Part shown: positions 9,140 through 18,775 of the stretch, in pieces
Numbering within the stretch: the first letter of the stretch is position 1
How the letters are laid out: each line of letters opens with the position of its first letter
Assembly (NCBI GenBank): GCA_963779755.1
Contig: CAVZZO010000001.1
Span: forward strand, 2,016,001-2,080,000
Source of the DNA: an uncultured Gemmatimonadales bacterium
Lineage (GTDB): Bacteria; Gemmatimonadota; Gemmatimonadetes; Gemmatimonadales; GWC2-71-9
DNA length: 64,000 nucleotides
Reading direction: 5' to 3'
The notes under the pieces: generated by a model
Told to the model about the DNA's origin: nothing
The model's input: only the letters and a program-made list of their open reading frames with translations
Database searches by the model: none
Translations under genes and position numbers: made by a program

Positions 9140-10225
9140 GTGAGGCGCCGGTGCCTGTCGGCGGGCACGGTGGCAGCCGGCGCGATGCTCTCGCTGATTG
9201 CCGCGCCGGTCGCTGCGCAGAGCGTGCAGGGCCTGCTGCGCCAGGCCGCCGACAGCGCGCCGGTCGCCGGCGCCCTGGTGCTGCTGCTGGATTCGGCCGG
9301 GGTGGAGCGGGGGCGCTCCGTCAGCTACACCTCCGGACGCTATGCCGTCACCGCCGGCGCGCCGGGCCGTTACCGGCTCCAGGTGCTCCGCATCGGCTCC
9401 CGGCCCTATCAGACTCCCGCCTTTGCTCTGGCTGCGCGGCAGGTCCTCGCTCTGCCGGTGCTGCTCCCCAGTGCTCGGGTGGTCCTCTCGGAAATCGTGG
9501 TGGCCGCCGATTCCCGCTGCCGTCTGCATCCCGAGGCCGATGCCGTGATGGAGGCCGTCTGGCAGGAGGTCCGGAAAGCGATTGACATCACGGTCGAGAC
9601 CATGCGGCACGGCCCCTATCGCTTCGCCACCGAGCTCCGGCACCAGCGATTCGATCCCGATATGCTGCTCATTCGCGAGGACAGCGAACCCGGACCCCAG
9701 CTGCAGCAATGGCCCGTGGCCAGCCTGCCTCCGGACAGCCTGGCCCGGTCCGGCTACGTCCAGCCGGGCAGCCTGGGCATGGGGCCGATCTACTACGGCA
9801 TCGATCCGGCACTGTTGTTCTCGGCCTCCTTTCTCGACCGGCACTGCTTCTACCTGGTCCAGAACCGCGATGCCCCCGGCCTGATCGGCCTCGCGTTCGA
9901 GCCGGCCGGACGGCCCTCCCACCCGGACGTGCAGGGCACGCTCTGGCTATCCCGCGCCAATGACGAGCTCCGGTATCTCGAGTGGTCCTACACCCGCCTG
10001 GATAGCTGGGTGCCGCAGCAGAAGACCGGCGGTCGGCTCGATTTCATGCGGCTGGACAATGGCGCCTGGCTGGTACGCAACTGGTGGATGCGTGCGCCCA
10101 TGCGTGAGGATCGGGACCGTGGCCATCACGTAGTCGGCGGCTGGGTTGTGCAGGGGGGCCGCGTGACGGACGTGCGCGACCGGCAGGGACAAGTTCTGCA
10201 GCAGGTGCCGCTGCCCGGCGACTGA
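9140..10225 (+). CDS. Secreted protein with N-terminal carboxypeptidase-regulatory-like domain (paralogue 2)
   Basis: Colinear with paralogue 1 (ITVETMRHGPYRF, SFLDRHCF, KTGGRLDFMRL.NGAWLVR). Confidence 0.7.
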   Translation: MRRRCLSAGTVAAGAMLSLIAAPVAAQSVQGLLRQAADSAPVAGALVLLLDSAGVERGRSVSYTSGRYAVTAGAPGRYRLQVLRIGSRPYQTPAFALAARQVLALPVLLPSARVVLSEIVVAADSRCRLHPEADAVMEAVWQEVRKAIDITVETMRHGPYRFATELRHQRFDPDMLLIREDSEPGPQLQQWPVASLPPDSLARSGYVQPGSLGMGPIYYGIDPALLFSASFLDRHCFYLVQNRDAPGLIGLAFEPAGRPSHPDVQGTLWLSRANDELRYLEWSYTRLDSWVPQQKTGGRLDFMRLDNGAWLVRNWWMRAPMREDRDRGHHVVGGWVVQGGRVTDVRDRQGQVLQQVPLPGD

Positions 10226-10236
10226 GCCGTTCGCCG

Positions 10237-10276
10237 CTCCCCTTTCCCTTTTCCGCTTTCCCGTTTCCCTTCCCCC
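10237..10276. repeat. Pyrimidine-rich degenerate heptamer array (TTTCCC[G/T])n
   Basis: ctcccctttcccttttccgctttcccgtttcccttccccg directly before the hemW start. Confidence 0.6.
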
Positions 10277-10277
10277 G

Positions 10278-11408
10278 GTGCATCTCTATATCCATGTCCC
10301 CTTCTGCGCCCGGCGGTGCAGCTACTGCGACTTCGCCATCGCGGTGCGCCGGCGCGTGCCCGCCGAGGAGTACGCTGCGGCGGTCGAGCGGGAGTGGGCG
10401 GGCTGGCAGGAGCACCCGGTGTGGGGGGAGGCGCCGGGATTGGAGACGGTCTATTTCGGCGGGGGAACGCCCTCCCTGCTGGCCGCCGGCTCCCTCGAAC
10501 GGCTGCTCGAGCGTTTCCAGCGCGATCATCCCCTCGTCACCGGCGCCGAGATTACGCTGGAGACCAATCCCGACGATATCAGCCAGCCCCGGGCCGCGGA
10601 GTGGCGCCGGCTGGGGGTCAACCGGATCTCGCTCGGGACGCAGTCGTTCGATCCCGCCGTGCTCGCCTGGATGCACCGGACTCACTCCGCGGCAGACATC
10701 CCGCGCGGGATGGCGGTGCTGCGGGAGGCGGGGTTCGAGAATATTTCGCTCGACCTCATCTTCGGGCTGGGTCCGGAGCTCGCGCGCGACTGGGCGGCCG
10801 ACCTGGACCAGGCGGTGGCGCTCGGCCCGGAGCACCTGTCGGTGTACGGGCTGACGGTCGAGCCCCAGACGCCGCTGGCCCGCTGGGTGGAACGCGGCAG
10901 CAGCCGCCCGGCGGACGAGGACGCCTATGCGACGGAATTTCTCCAGGCCGACCAGCGGCTGACCATGGCCAGCTTCGCGCATTACGAGGTCTCCAACTAC
11001 GCCAGGCACGGATCTCGCTCGGCACACAATTCCGCCTACTGGCGGCGGAGGCCGTTTATCGGGTTGGGGCCCTCGGCCCACTCGGGCTTTGGCAGCCGGC
11101 GGCGCTGGAATCTCCGGAATTGGGCCGAGTACCAGCAGGCAATTGCGGCAGGGAAGGATGTCGTAGCCGGAGAGGAAACGCTGTCGGATTGGCAGCAGCA
11201 GCTGGAGGATCTGTATCTGGGGCTGCGGACGGACCGCGGTGTGCCGGACGGCCGGGTCCCGCCCGAGGTGGCTCGCCGCTGGATCGGAGCGGGCTGGGCC
11301 CGCCGGGAGCGGAACCGGCTGGTTCTCACTCCCTCAGGATGGCTCCGGTTGGATGCGCTGGTCGCCTCGGCGGAGAGCCATGATCTGGCTCCTAACTTGC
11401 GCCCATGA
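10278..11408 (+). CDS. hemW: Radical SAM heme chaperone HemW (HemN-like)
   Basis: LYIHVPFCARRCSYCDF, YFGGGTPS, YEVSNYA, HNSAYW; precedes hrcA. Confidence 0.93.
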   Translation: MHLYIHVPFCARRCSYCDFAIAVRRRVPAEEYAAAVEREWAGWQEHPVWGEAPGLETVYFGGGTPSLLAAGSLERLLERFQRDHPLVTGAEITLETNPDDISQPRAAEWRRLGVNRISLGTQSFDPAVLAWMHRTHSAADIPRGMAVLREAGFENISLDLIFGLGPELARDWAADLDQAVALGPEHLSVYGLTVEPQTPLARWVERGSSRPADEDAYATEFLQADQRLTMASFAHYEVSNYARHGSRSAHNSAYWRRRPFIGLGPSAHSGFGSRRRWNLRNWAEYQQAIAAGKDVVAGEETLSDWQQQLEDLYLGLRTDRGVPDGRVPPEVARRWIGAGWARRERNRLVLTPSGWLRLDALVASAESHDLAPNLRP

Positions 11409-11418
11409 ATAGATTTGT

Positions 11419-12453
11419 ATGATGTCCTCCAATGATCCTCTGAGCGACCGCGAGCTTCGGGTGCTCGAAGCCGTGATCCAGGTCTATGTCCAGACCGCGG
11501 AACCAGCGGGGAGTCAGACTATCGCCAAGCGGTTCGGGCTGGGCGTGTCTCCCGCCACCATCCGGGGGACCATGAGCGAGCTGGAGGAGAAGGGCTATCT
11601 CTATCACCCGCACACCTCCGCCGGCCGGATCCCGACCGACCGAGCCTACCGGCTCTACGTCGATAACATGATCCGGCTGCATCCACCCAGCGAGCAGGAG
11701 CGGAACGCACTGGAAGCGGAGCTGCCCGCGCCGCGGGGCGAGGTGGACGAGATTCTGCACCGGGCGGCGCAGGTGCTGAGCGTGCTCACGGAGGAGCTGG
11801 GCGTCGCGGTGGCGCCGGCCCTGGACCAGGTCGTGCTGGAACGGCTGGAGCTGGTCCAGGTCGCGTCCGACCGGCTGCTGCTGGTGTTCAATCTCCGGAG
11901 CGGGGTGCTGCGAAGCATTTTCGTACAGGTCCCGTCCACCATCCCGCGCGAGGTCGTCTACAGCGTGGGGCAGACGCTGAACCAGCGTCTGGCGGGCCTC
12001 ACGCTGCGCGAGATCCGCGAGACTCTGGCCGACCGGCTGCGCGATGCCGCGCCCGGTGGCGCGTCGGACCTGCTCAACATCTTCATCGAAGAGGGCGACG
12101 GGATCTTCGATCTCACCGCGCGCCAGGGACTGGTGCTGGGCAGCGCCAGCCAGCTGGCGGGACAGCCCGAGTTTGCCTCCAACGAGCGGATGCGCGAGCT
12201 GCTGGCCCTGACGGAGCGGCGCGAGTTGCTGCGCCAGGCGCTGGAGAGCCACCGCCAGGGCGGCCTTACCATTACCATTGGCGGCGAGAACCTCGACCCG
12301 AAGCTGAGCGACTTCACCCTGGTGACCAGCTCCTACCGGGTCGGCGGGACCAGCGGCGTCATCGGCGTCCTGGGCCCGACACGGATGCCCTACGACAAGA
12401 TCATCGGGCTGGTAGATCATACCACCCGGCTGGTGGAAGGATTGCTGGAATGA
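11419..12453 (+). CDS. hrcA: Heat-inducible transcription repressor HrcA
   Basis: SPATIR, HPHTSAGRIPTD, GVLGPTRMPY. Start may be the second ATG at 11422. Confidence 0.97.
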   Translation: MMSSNDPLSDRELRVLEAVIQVYVQTAEPAGSQTIAKRFGLGVSPATIRGTMSELEEKGYLYHPHTSAGRIPTDRAYRLYVDNMIRLHPPSEQERNALEAELPAPRGEVDEILHRAAQVLSVLTEELGVAVAPALDQVVLERLELVQVASDRLLLVFNLRSGVLRSIFVQVPSTIPREVVYSVGQTLNQRLAGLTLREIRETLADRLRDAAPGGASDLLNIFIEEGDGIFDLTARQGLVLGSASQLAGQPEFASNERMRELLALTERRELLRQALESHRQGGLTITIGGENLDPKLSDFTLVTSSYRVGGTSGVIGVLGPTRMPYDKIIGLVDHTTRLVEGLLE

Positions 12454-13580
12454 GCGACTATTACGAGCTCCTGGGAGTCGAACGCACGGCGACCGAGGTC
12501 GAGATCAAGAAGGCCTACCGCCGCCGGGCGATGGAGCTCCATCCCGACCGGAACCCCGAGCCGGGCGCCGAGGAGCAGTTCAAGGCGCTGACCGAGGCGT
12601 ACGAGGTCCTGAAAGACCCGCAGCAGCGATCGGTCTATGACCGCTACGGCAAGGCGGGGCTCGGCGGCGCGGGCGCGGGCGGATTCCACCACGTGGATCT
12701 GGCCGAGGCCCTCAGTATCTTCATGCGCGACTTCGGCGGCATGGGGGGGTTCGAATCTCTCTTCGGCGGCGGCCAGGGCCCCCGCCCCGACGCGCGGCGC
12801 GGCCAGGACATCCGGGTAAGCCTGCGTCTCAGGCTGCCCGAGGTGGCCACCGGCGTGAAGCGGTCGATCAAGCTCAAGACCCTGGAGCGCTGCCAGCACT
12901 GCGAGGGCACCGGCGCCGCCAAGGGCAGCCGCCCGGCAACCTGCTCCACCTGTGGCGGCAGCGGCGAGGTCCGGCGCGCCACCCGCAGCGTCTTCGGCCA
13001 GTTCATGACGGTCTCGCCCTGTCCCACCTGCGCCGGGGAAGGGGAAGTCGTTCGCGAGCCCTGCGAAATCTGCCGCGGCGAGGGCCGGGTCAAGGCCGAC
13101 CGCACCGTCAAGGTGGAGGTTCCCCCGGGCGTGTCGGATAACAACTATCTCACGCTGCGGGGCCAGGGCGCGGCGGGCCGGCGGAACGGCCCCAGCGGCG
13201 ACCTGCTGGTCATGCTGGAGATCAAGCCCGACGAGCGCTTCGAGCGCCAGGGTGACGATCTCATCTTCGACATGCCGATCTCGTTTTCGCAGGCGGCGCT
13301 GGGCGGGGAATTCACCGTGCCGACGGCTACCGGCGAGGAGCGGCTCACCGTGCCCGCCGGCACCCAGACCGGGACGCTTTTCAGGCTACGAGGCAAGGGG
13401 CTGCCCCACCTGGGCCAGGCGGGCAACGGCGATCTGCACGTCCGGGTACATCTCTGGACGCCGGAGCACCTCACCAGCGAACAGGAGCGGCTCTTTCGCG
13501 ACCTCGCCCAGATCGAAGGCGAGCCGCCCAAGCGGTCGTCGGGCTTCTGGAACCGGCTCAAGGAAGCGCTCCGGGCCTGA
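12450..13580 (+). CDS. dnaJ: Chaperone DnaJ
   Basis: J-domain HPD motif and four CxxCxGxG repeats. Confidence 0.98.
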   Translation: MSDYYELLGVERTATEVEIKKAYRRRAMELHPDRNPEPGAEEQFKALTEAYEVLKDPQQRSVYDRYGKAGLGGAGAGGFHHVDLAEALSIFMRDFGGMGGFESLFGGGQGPRPDARRGQDIRVSLRLRLPEVATGVKRSIKLKTLERCQHCEGTGAAKGSRPATCSTCGGSGEVRRATRSVFGQFMTVSPCPTCAGEGEVVREPCEICRGEGRVKADRTVKVEVPPGVSDNNYLTLRGQGAAGRRNGPSGDLLVMLEIKPDERFERQGDDLIFDMPISFSQAALGGEFTVPTATGEERLTVPAGTQTGTLFRLRGKGLPHLGQAGNGDLHVRVHLWTPEHLTSEQERLFRDLAQIEGEPPKRSSGFWNRLKEALRA

Positions 13581-14419
13581 GCTGGATCGCGCTGGAGATC
13601 CGGCTCCCCGCCGGCTCCGGCGGCGATGCCGACGTCCTGGCTGGCTGGCTTGCCGGCCGCACCGGCCAGTCCGTCTATCACCGTGACGATGACATCCTGG
13701 TGGCGACGGTCGGCGATCCGGCCGCCGCCGCCGCCCTTGCCGCCGCGCTCCGGCGGGAGCATCCCGGGGTGGAGCTGGTGGCCCGGCGCGAGCTGCCGGC
13801 GGTGGACTGGAGCACCGCCTGGCGCGCCGGGCTGGGGCCCCGCGCCATCGGGCGGCTCACCATCGTGCCCTCCTGGCAGGAGCCGGCGCCGGCGCCGGGC
13901 GACGCCGCGCTGATCCTCGATCCCGAAATGGCCTTTGGCAGCGGGGAGCACGGCTCTACCCGCGCCGCGCTCCTCCTGCTGCAGCGGTACCTCCGGCCCG
14001 GCATGGCCGTCCTCGACCTGGGAAGCGGAAGCGGAATTCTCACCCTCGCCGCTGCGCGGCTGGGCGCCGGCAGGGCAGTGGGCATCGAGTCCGATTCCGG
14101 GGCAATGCCGGTGGCGCTGCGGAACGCCAGGCGCAACGGGCTGGAGGCGCGGGTCACCTTCCTGGAAGGCGACGCCGGCGCGCTGGCGCCGCTGGCCGGG
14201 CCGGCCGACGTGCTCTGCGCCAACATCCTGCGCGAAGCCAACATCCAGCTGCTTCCCGCGGTTCGAGACTCGCTCGCGCCTCAGGGGGTTGCCATCTTCA
14301 GCGGCATGGAAGTGTCCGAGGCGTCGCTCTTCCGCCAGGCGCTGCAGGCCGCCGGGTTCGAGATGCTTGAGGAGCTGGCCGACGAGGGGTGGTGGGCCGT
14401 GGCGGCGCGCCGGCCATGA
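13577..14419 (+). CDS. prmA: Ribosomal protein L11 methyltransferase PrmA
   Basis: MAFGSGEHGST, VLDLGSGSGIL, ANIL. Frame is open back to CTG 13577 (CTGA overlap with the dnaJ stop), giving (M)SWIALEI. Confidence 0.92.
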   Translation: MSWIALEIRLPAGSGGDADVLAGWLAGRTGQSVYHRDDDILVATVGDPAAAAALAAALRREHPGVELVARRELPAVDWSTAWRAGLGPRAIGRLTIVPSWQEPAPAPGDAALILDPEMAFGSGEHGSTRAALLLLQRYLRPGMAVLDLGSGSGILTLAAARLGAGRAVGIESDSGAMPVALRNARRNGLEARVTFLEGDAGALAPLAGPADVLCANILREANIQLLPAVRDSLAPQGVAIFSGMEVSEASLFRQALQAAGFEMLEELADEGWWAVAARRP

Positions 14420-15114
14420 TTACGCTGCTCGCGGCGCCGGGATCGCTCCGGGCTGGCGCCACGCTGACGCTGGATGAGGCTGAGGCCCACCATATGCGCG
14501 TGCGCCGCGCCGCGGCAGGAGACGTGATCCGCCTGGTGGATGGCGCCGGCACTACCGGCCGGGCGCGGGTCATCGATGCGGGCGGGCCGCGGGTGGAGGT
14601 GGAGTCGATCGAGCAGCTGCCGGCGCCGGTGCCCCTGGTCCTGGCGGTCGGGGCCGGCGATCGCGACCGCTTCGGCTGGCTGGTGGAGAAGGCTGTGGAA
14701 CTGGGAGCCACGGAGATCGTTCCGGTGGAGTCGGAACGCACCGGCGGCGTTGCCACCCGGCTGCGTCCCAATCAGGTGGAACGCCTGGGGCGGCGCGCCG
14801 CGGAGGCCATGAAGCAGTGCGGCTCCGCCTGGGCGCTGCAACTCCGGCCGCCGGAGCCGCTCGGCGCGCTGCTCGAGGCGGTCACCCAGCCCATTCGGTG
14901 GGTGGGGGCCGCAGAGGGGCGCCCGGTACCGGGTTCGCTCGCGCTCGATCCCGCGGTTATTCTGATTGGACCGGAAGGCGGTTGGAGCGCGGAGGAGATG
15001 GAGGGGATCGGCGGCGCCGGATTCCTGCCGGTCTGCTTCGGGCCGCACATCCTGCGTTTCGAGACCGCCGCCCTCACCGGCGCGGCCCTGCTGCAGGCGG
15101 CGAGAAGGCGGTAA
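14416..15114 (+). CDS. rsmE: 16S rRNA m3U1498 methyltransferase RsmE
   Basis: VEKAVELG, EAMKQC, IGPEGG, ILRFETAA; ATGA overlap with prmA. Confidence 0.95.
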   Translation: MITLLAAPGSLRAGATLTLDEAEAHHMRVRRAAAGDVIRLVDGAGTTGRARVIDAGGPRVEVESIEQLPAPVPLVLAVGAGDRDRFGWLVEKAVELGATEIVPVESERTGGVATRLRPNQVERLGRRAAEAMKQCGSAWALQLRPPEPLGALLEAVTQPIRWVGAAEGRPVPGSLALDPAVILIGPEGGWSAEEMEGIGGAGFLPVCFGPHILRFETAALTGAALLQAARRR

Positions 15115-15151
15115 GGGCGGTAAGGGCGGTAAGGGCGGTAAAGGCGGTAAG
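15107..15151. repeat. Nonamer array (GGCGGTAAG) x5 containing the rsmE stop codon
   Basis: Directly visible. Confidence 0.9.
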
Positions 15152-15163
15152 GTGGCGCCAATT

Positions 15164-15307
15164 TCGTTGTCATTGCGAGGCGGCTTTAGCGTCGTTGTCA
15201 TTGCGAGGCGGCTTTAGCCGCCGAAGCAATCTCCTGAGGAGCACACCGTCGACCTGCGACCTGCGACCTGCGACCTGCGACTAGCGACTAACAACTAGCG
15301 ACTAACC
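15164..15307 (+). repeat. REP-like GTCATTGCGAGG element (5' 28 bp duplicated) followed by (CGACCTG/CGACTAG)n heptamers
   Basis: tcgttgtcattgcgaggcggctttagc occurs twice, then cgccgaagcaatctcctgaggagcacaccg and heptamers; same layout as 2391-2506 (-). Confidence 0.85.
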
Positions 15308-15309
15308 CC

Positions 15310-15645
15310 ATGCCCGATTGCATCTTCTGCCGCATTGCAAGCGGCGACATCCCCGCCGATATCGTCAAGCGCTCGGACGGCGCCGTGGCGTTCCGCGACC
15401 TCAATCCTCAGGCGCCGGTGCATATCCTGGCGATCCCGGTGCAGCACGTGGCCTCGGCGCGCGACGCCGATCCGGACATGCTGGGACATCTGGTCGCCTT
15501 CGCCACCGGCGTCGCCAGCGACGAAGGCCTGGACCAGAACGGCTACCGCCTGGTTCTCAATACGGGCCCACATGCGGGGCAGTCGGTCTTCCACCTGCAC
15601 CTGCACCTGCTGGGCGGGCGGGAGATGAAGTGGCCGCCGGGCTAG
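15310..15645 (+). CDS. Histidine triad (HIT) nucleotide-binding protein, HinT-like
   Basis: DCIFCRI, AFRDLNPQAPVH, GQSVFHLHLHLLGGR, WPPG. Confidence 0.95.
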   Translation: MPDCIFCRIASGDIPADIVKRSDGAVAFRDLNPQAPVHILAIPVQHVASARDADPDMLGHLVAFATGVASDEGLDQNGYRLVLNTGPHAGQSVFHLHLHLLGGREMKWPPG

Positions 15646-15651
15646 GAGAAG

Positions 15652-15860
15652 GGACGGAGGACTGAGGACTGCGAGCCAAGTGTCACCCTGAGGGAGCGCA
15701 GCGAGCGAAGGGGGCCAAACCCGAGGTGGGCTTCGGCCCCTTCGCTTCGCTCAGGGTGACAACTGCATCGACTCAACTCAGTCCTCAGTCCTCAGTCCTC
15801 AATCCTCAATCCTGAATCCTGAATCCTGAATCCTGAATCCTGGATCCTCCGTCCTCGTCC
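15652..15860. repeat. Complete REP-like palindrome (15681-15761) flanked by inverted heptamer arrays
   Basis: TGTCACCCTGAG...CTCAGGGTGACA with inner cgaagggg/ccccttcg; left (GGACTGA)n, right (TCCTCAG/TCCTGAA)n. Confidence 0.88.
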
Positions 15861-15896
15861 TTTCTCTATGCTCTGCCGCACGCTTATTTTACCGGG

Positions 15897-16340
15897 ATGC
15901 CTCCCGCACTGGCCCAGACCCTCCAGTCCCAACTCAATACCGCCCGGAAGGCCCAGGACAAGCCGCGCACCCTGCTGCTCGGCACCCTGCTGGCCGCGGT
16001 GAAGAACCGCGAGCTGGAGCTGAAACGCGCTCCCACCGACGAGGAAGTGCTCGAGGTCATCCAGAAGAACATCAAGACCCGGCGTGAGTCGGTAGAGCAG
16101 TTCGAGAAGGGCGGCCGGCCGGAGCTGGCGGCGCGGGAAGCCGAGGAGATCCGGATGCTCGAAGTGTACCTGCCGCCGCAGGCCGATCCCGAAGACATCC
16201 GCGCGGCGGTACGCGAGGCCATCGCGGCCGGCGCCACCGACCTGGGCCGCGTCATGGGGCAGGTGATGCCGAAGTTCAAGGGCCGCGCCGACGGCAGGGA
16301 AATCAACCGCATCGTCCGCGAGGAGTTGAAGGTCGGATGA
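15897..16340 (+). CDS. GatB/YqeY domain protein
   Basis: RRESVEQFEKGGRPEL, YLPPQ, LGRVMG, KGRADG. Confidence 0.93.
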   Translation: MPPALAQTLQSQLNTARKAQDKPRTLLLGTLLAAVKNRELELKRAPTDEEVLEVIQKNIKTRRESVEQFEKGGRPELAAREAEEIRMLEVYLPPQADPEDIRAAVREAIAAGATDLGRVMGQVMPKFKGRADGREINRIVREELKVG

Positions 16341-18775
16341 CGGAGTCCGGCGGGAGGACAGAGACCGACGGGGTGCCGGCGCGGGACACCGGCACCCCGT
16401 TCTCTTTGCCCGCGGCCCAGGTGGCGGACGCCCTGGAGGCGCTGGAGTTCGAGGCGGCGCTGGAGCGGGTGGCCGCGCACGCGGCCGGCCTGTCGGGCGC
16501 GGCCGAGATCCTGGCGCGCCGCCCCACCGACGATGCCGGCTGGATTGCCGCCGAGCTGGCGCTGGTGGCCGAAGCCCTGCAGCTGGAACAGCGCGACATC
16601 GGACTCGCGCCGGAGCCGGTGCCCGAGGTGAGGGAGCCGCTGGCGCGTCTCCGGGTCCACGGCAGCGTCCTGGAGGCGCCGGACCTTTTTGCGCTCTACC
16701 GCCTGCTGATGGCCGGCCGCCTGGTAGTCGGGGAGCTGGACCGCGTGGCGGACGAAGCGCCCGGCCTGGCCCGGCTCCGGCGGCCGGTACCCGAGCGCAA
16801 GCTGGAGCGACGGCTGGAACTCTCGGTGGATGCCGAGGGCACCCTGCTCGATACGGCGAGCCCGAAGCTGGCGGCCGCGCGGCAGGCGGTGCAGCATGCG
16901 CGGGAGCGTCTGGTGCGCAAGCTGGAGTCGCTGCTGCGCGCCGGCCAGGGCGGTGAGGCCGAGGTGACGGTGCGCAACGGCCGTTATGTGATCCCCGTCC
17001 GGCGCGATACCCGCCAGAAGGTCTCCGGAATCATCCACGGTGAGTCGTCCAGCGGTGGGACGCTCTTCGTGGAGCCCGCCGAGGCGGTGGAGCTGGGGAA
17101 TGAGCTGCGGGAGGCCGAAACCGCCGCGGAACGGGAAGCGCTGAGGGTGCTGCGCGAGCTGACCGACCTGCTCCGGCCTCACGCCGCGGCGCTGGTGGAT
17201 TTGCAGATCATGGCCGTCGCGGTGGACAGCATCGTGGCCCGGGCGCGCTACGCGGCCTCGGTGGGCGGCCATCCGCCCCAGTGCGGTGAAGGCGAGTCGC
17301 TCCGGATCCGTGAGGGCAGGCACCCGCTGCTGTTTGGTGGCGGGAACACGGTGGTGTCGTTCGATCTCGCACTGGAGCCGGGCGAGCGGACGCTCATCAT
17401 CAGCGGCCCCAATACCGGCGGCAAGACCGTGCTCCTCAAGGCCGTGGGGCTGCTCGCCGCGCTGGTGCAGAGCGGTGTGGTACCGCCGGTAGGGCCGGGC
17501 ACGGTCTTTCCCGTGTTCCGGCGCTGGTTCACCGACATCGGCGATCGCCAGTCCATCGCCGCCAGCCTCAGCACCTTCAGTGCGCACGTGCAGGTGTTGC
17601 GCCAGATTCTGGATGAGGCCGACGGATGCTCGCTGGTACTGCTGGATGAAGTCGGCGGCGGAACCGATCCGGTCGAAGGCGCCGCCCTGGCCGGGGCCGT
17701 GCTCCGGGACCTTACCGCCCGCGGGAGCCTGACGCTCGCGTCCACCCATCTGGGCTCGCTCAAGCAACTGGCGCAGGAGTCGCCGGGGATCGTCAACGCC
17801 TCACTGGAGTTCGATGCCGCGCGGCTGGAGCCGACCTACCGCTTCCTGAAAGGGGTGCCGGGCCGGAGCTACGGGCTGGCGATCGCCGAGCGCCTGGGTC
17901 TGCGGCCGGATGTATTGCGCGACGCCCGTGAGCGGGTTCCCGAGGGCGAGCGGCGGCTGGACGAGCTCCTGGCCGCGGCCGAAACGCGGGAGCGCGAGGC
18001 CGCCCGGCGGGAGGAGGCCGCCGCCGAGCGGCAGGCCGGACTGGAGGCCCTCTCCGCCCGGCTCGAGGCGCAGGCTACCGAGCAGGCGGCGCGGCAGGCG
18101 GAGCTGGACCGCCGCGACCGCGAGGCGGAACGCCGCGCCCGGAGCGAGGCGCGGAGCTTTCTGCTCAATGCCCGCCGCCGGGTGGAGGAAGCGGTGGAAA
18201 CGGCCCGGGGCGCCGCCGATGAGGCCGCCGCCCGGGAAGCGCGCCGCATGGTGGAGGAAAGTATCCGGGAGGAGACGGAAGCCCTGGCCCGGAGCGATGC
18301 CGGGACGGTGCCGGCCGGAGTCAGCGGTCCGCTGGCCGTGGGACAGCGGGTGCGGCTGGGCACCGGTGCCACCGGCGTCGTGCAGGAATTGCGGGGCGAC
18401 GGGCGGGTGGCGGTGCTGGCCGGTTCGCTCCGGCTCATCCTGGACGGCTCGGAGGTGGTGCCCATTGCGGGTGCCGCGCCGGCCGGCCGGGAGCGGGCTC
18501 GGGGCGGCGGCCTGGACGAGGCGCCGTCGATGCCGGGGGAGATCGACCTGCGGGGCCTGACCGGCGACGAGGCCGAGGCGGCCGTCCTGGCCGCGCTGGA
18601 CGGCGCCGTGCTCGCCGAGCTCCCCTCCCTGCGTATCATTCATGGCAAGGGGACCGGGGTGGTACGGGAGCGGGTGCGGCAGGTGGTCTCCCGCGACCGT
18701 CGGGTGTCGAGCCACCTGTTCGCGCCGGCCAACCAGGGAGGCACAGGAGTCACCATCGTGGAGTTCGCCCCATGA
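16337..18775 (+). CDS. mutS2: MutS2 family protein with C-terminal Smr domain
   Basis: SGPNTGGKT, DIGDRQSI..SLSTFSAH, LLDEVGGGTDP, IIHGKGTG. Confidence 0.96.
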   Translation: MTESGGRTETDGVPARDTGTPFSLPAAQVADALEALEFEAALERVAAHAAGLSGAAEILARRPTDDAGWIAAELALVAEALQLEQRDIGLAPEPVPEVREPLARLRVHGSVLEAPDLFALYRLLMAGRLVVGELDRVADEAPGLARLRRPVPERKLERRLELSVDAEGTLLDTASPKLAAARQAVQHARERLVRKLESLLRAGQGGEAEVTVRNGRYVIPVRRDTRQKVSGIIHGESSSGGTLFVEPAEAVELGNELREAETAAEREALRVLRELTDLLRPHAAALVDLQIMAVAVDSIVARARYAASVGGHPPQCGEGESLRIREGRHPLLFGGGNTVVSFDLALEPGERTLIISGPNTGGKTVLLKAVGLLAALVQSGVVPPVGPGTVFPVFRRWFTDIGDRQSIAASLSTFSAHVQVLRQILDEADGCSLVLLDEVGGGTDPVEGAALAGAVLRDLTARGSLTLASTHLGSLKQLAQESPGIVNASLEFDAARLEPTYRFLKGVPGRSYGLAIAERLGLRPDVLRDARERVPEGERRLDELLAAAETREREAARREEAAAERQAGLEALSARLEAQATEQAARQAELDRRDREAERRARSEARSFLLNARRRVEEAVETARGAADEAAAREARRMVEESIREETEALARSDAGTVPAGVSGPLAVGQRVRLGTGATGVVQELRGDGRVAVLAGSLRLILDGSEVVPIAGAAPAGRERARGGGLDEAPSMPGEIDLRGLTGDEAEAAVLAALDGAVLAELPSLRIIHGKGTGVVRERVRQVVSRDRRVSSHLFAPANQGGTGVTIVEFAP

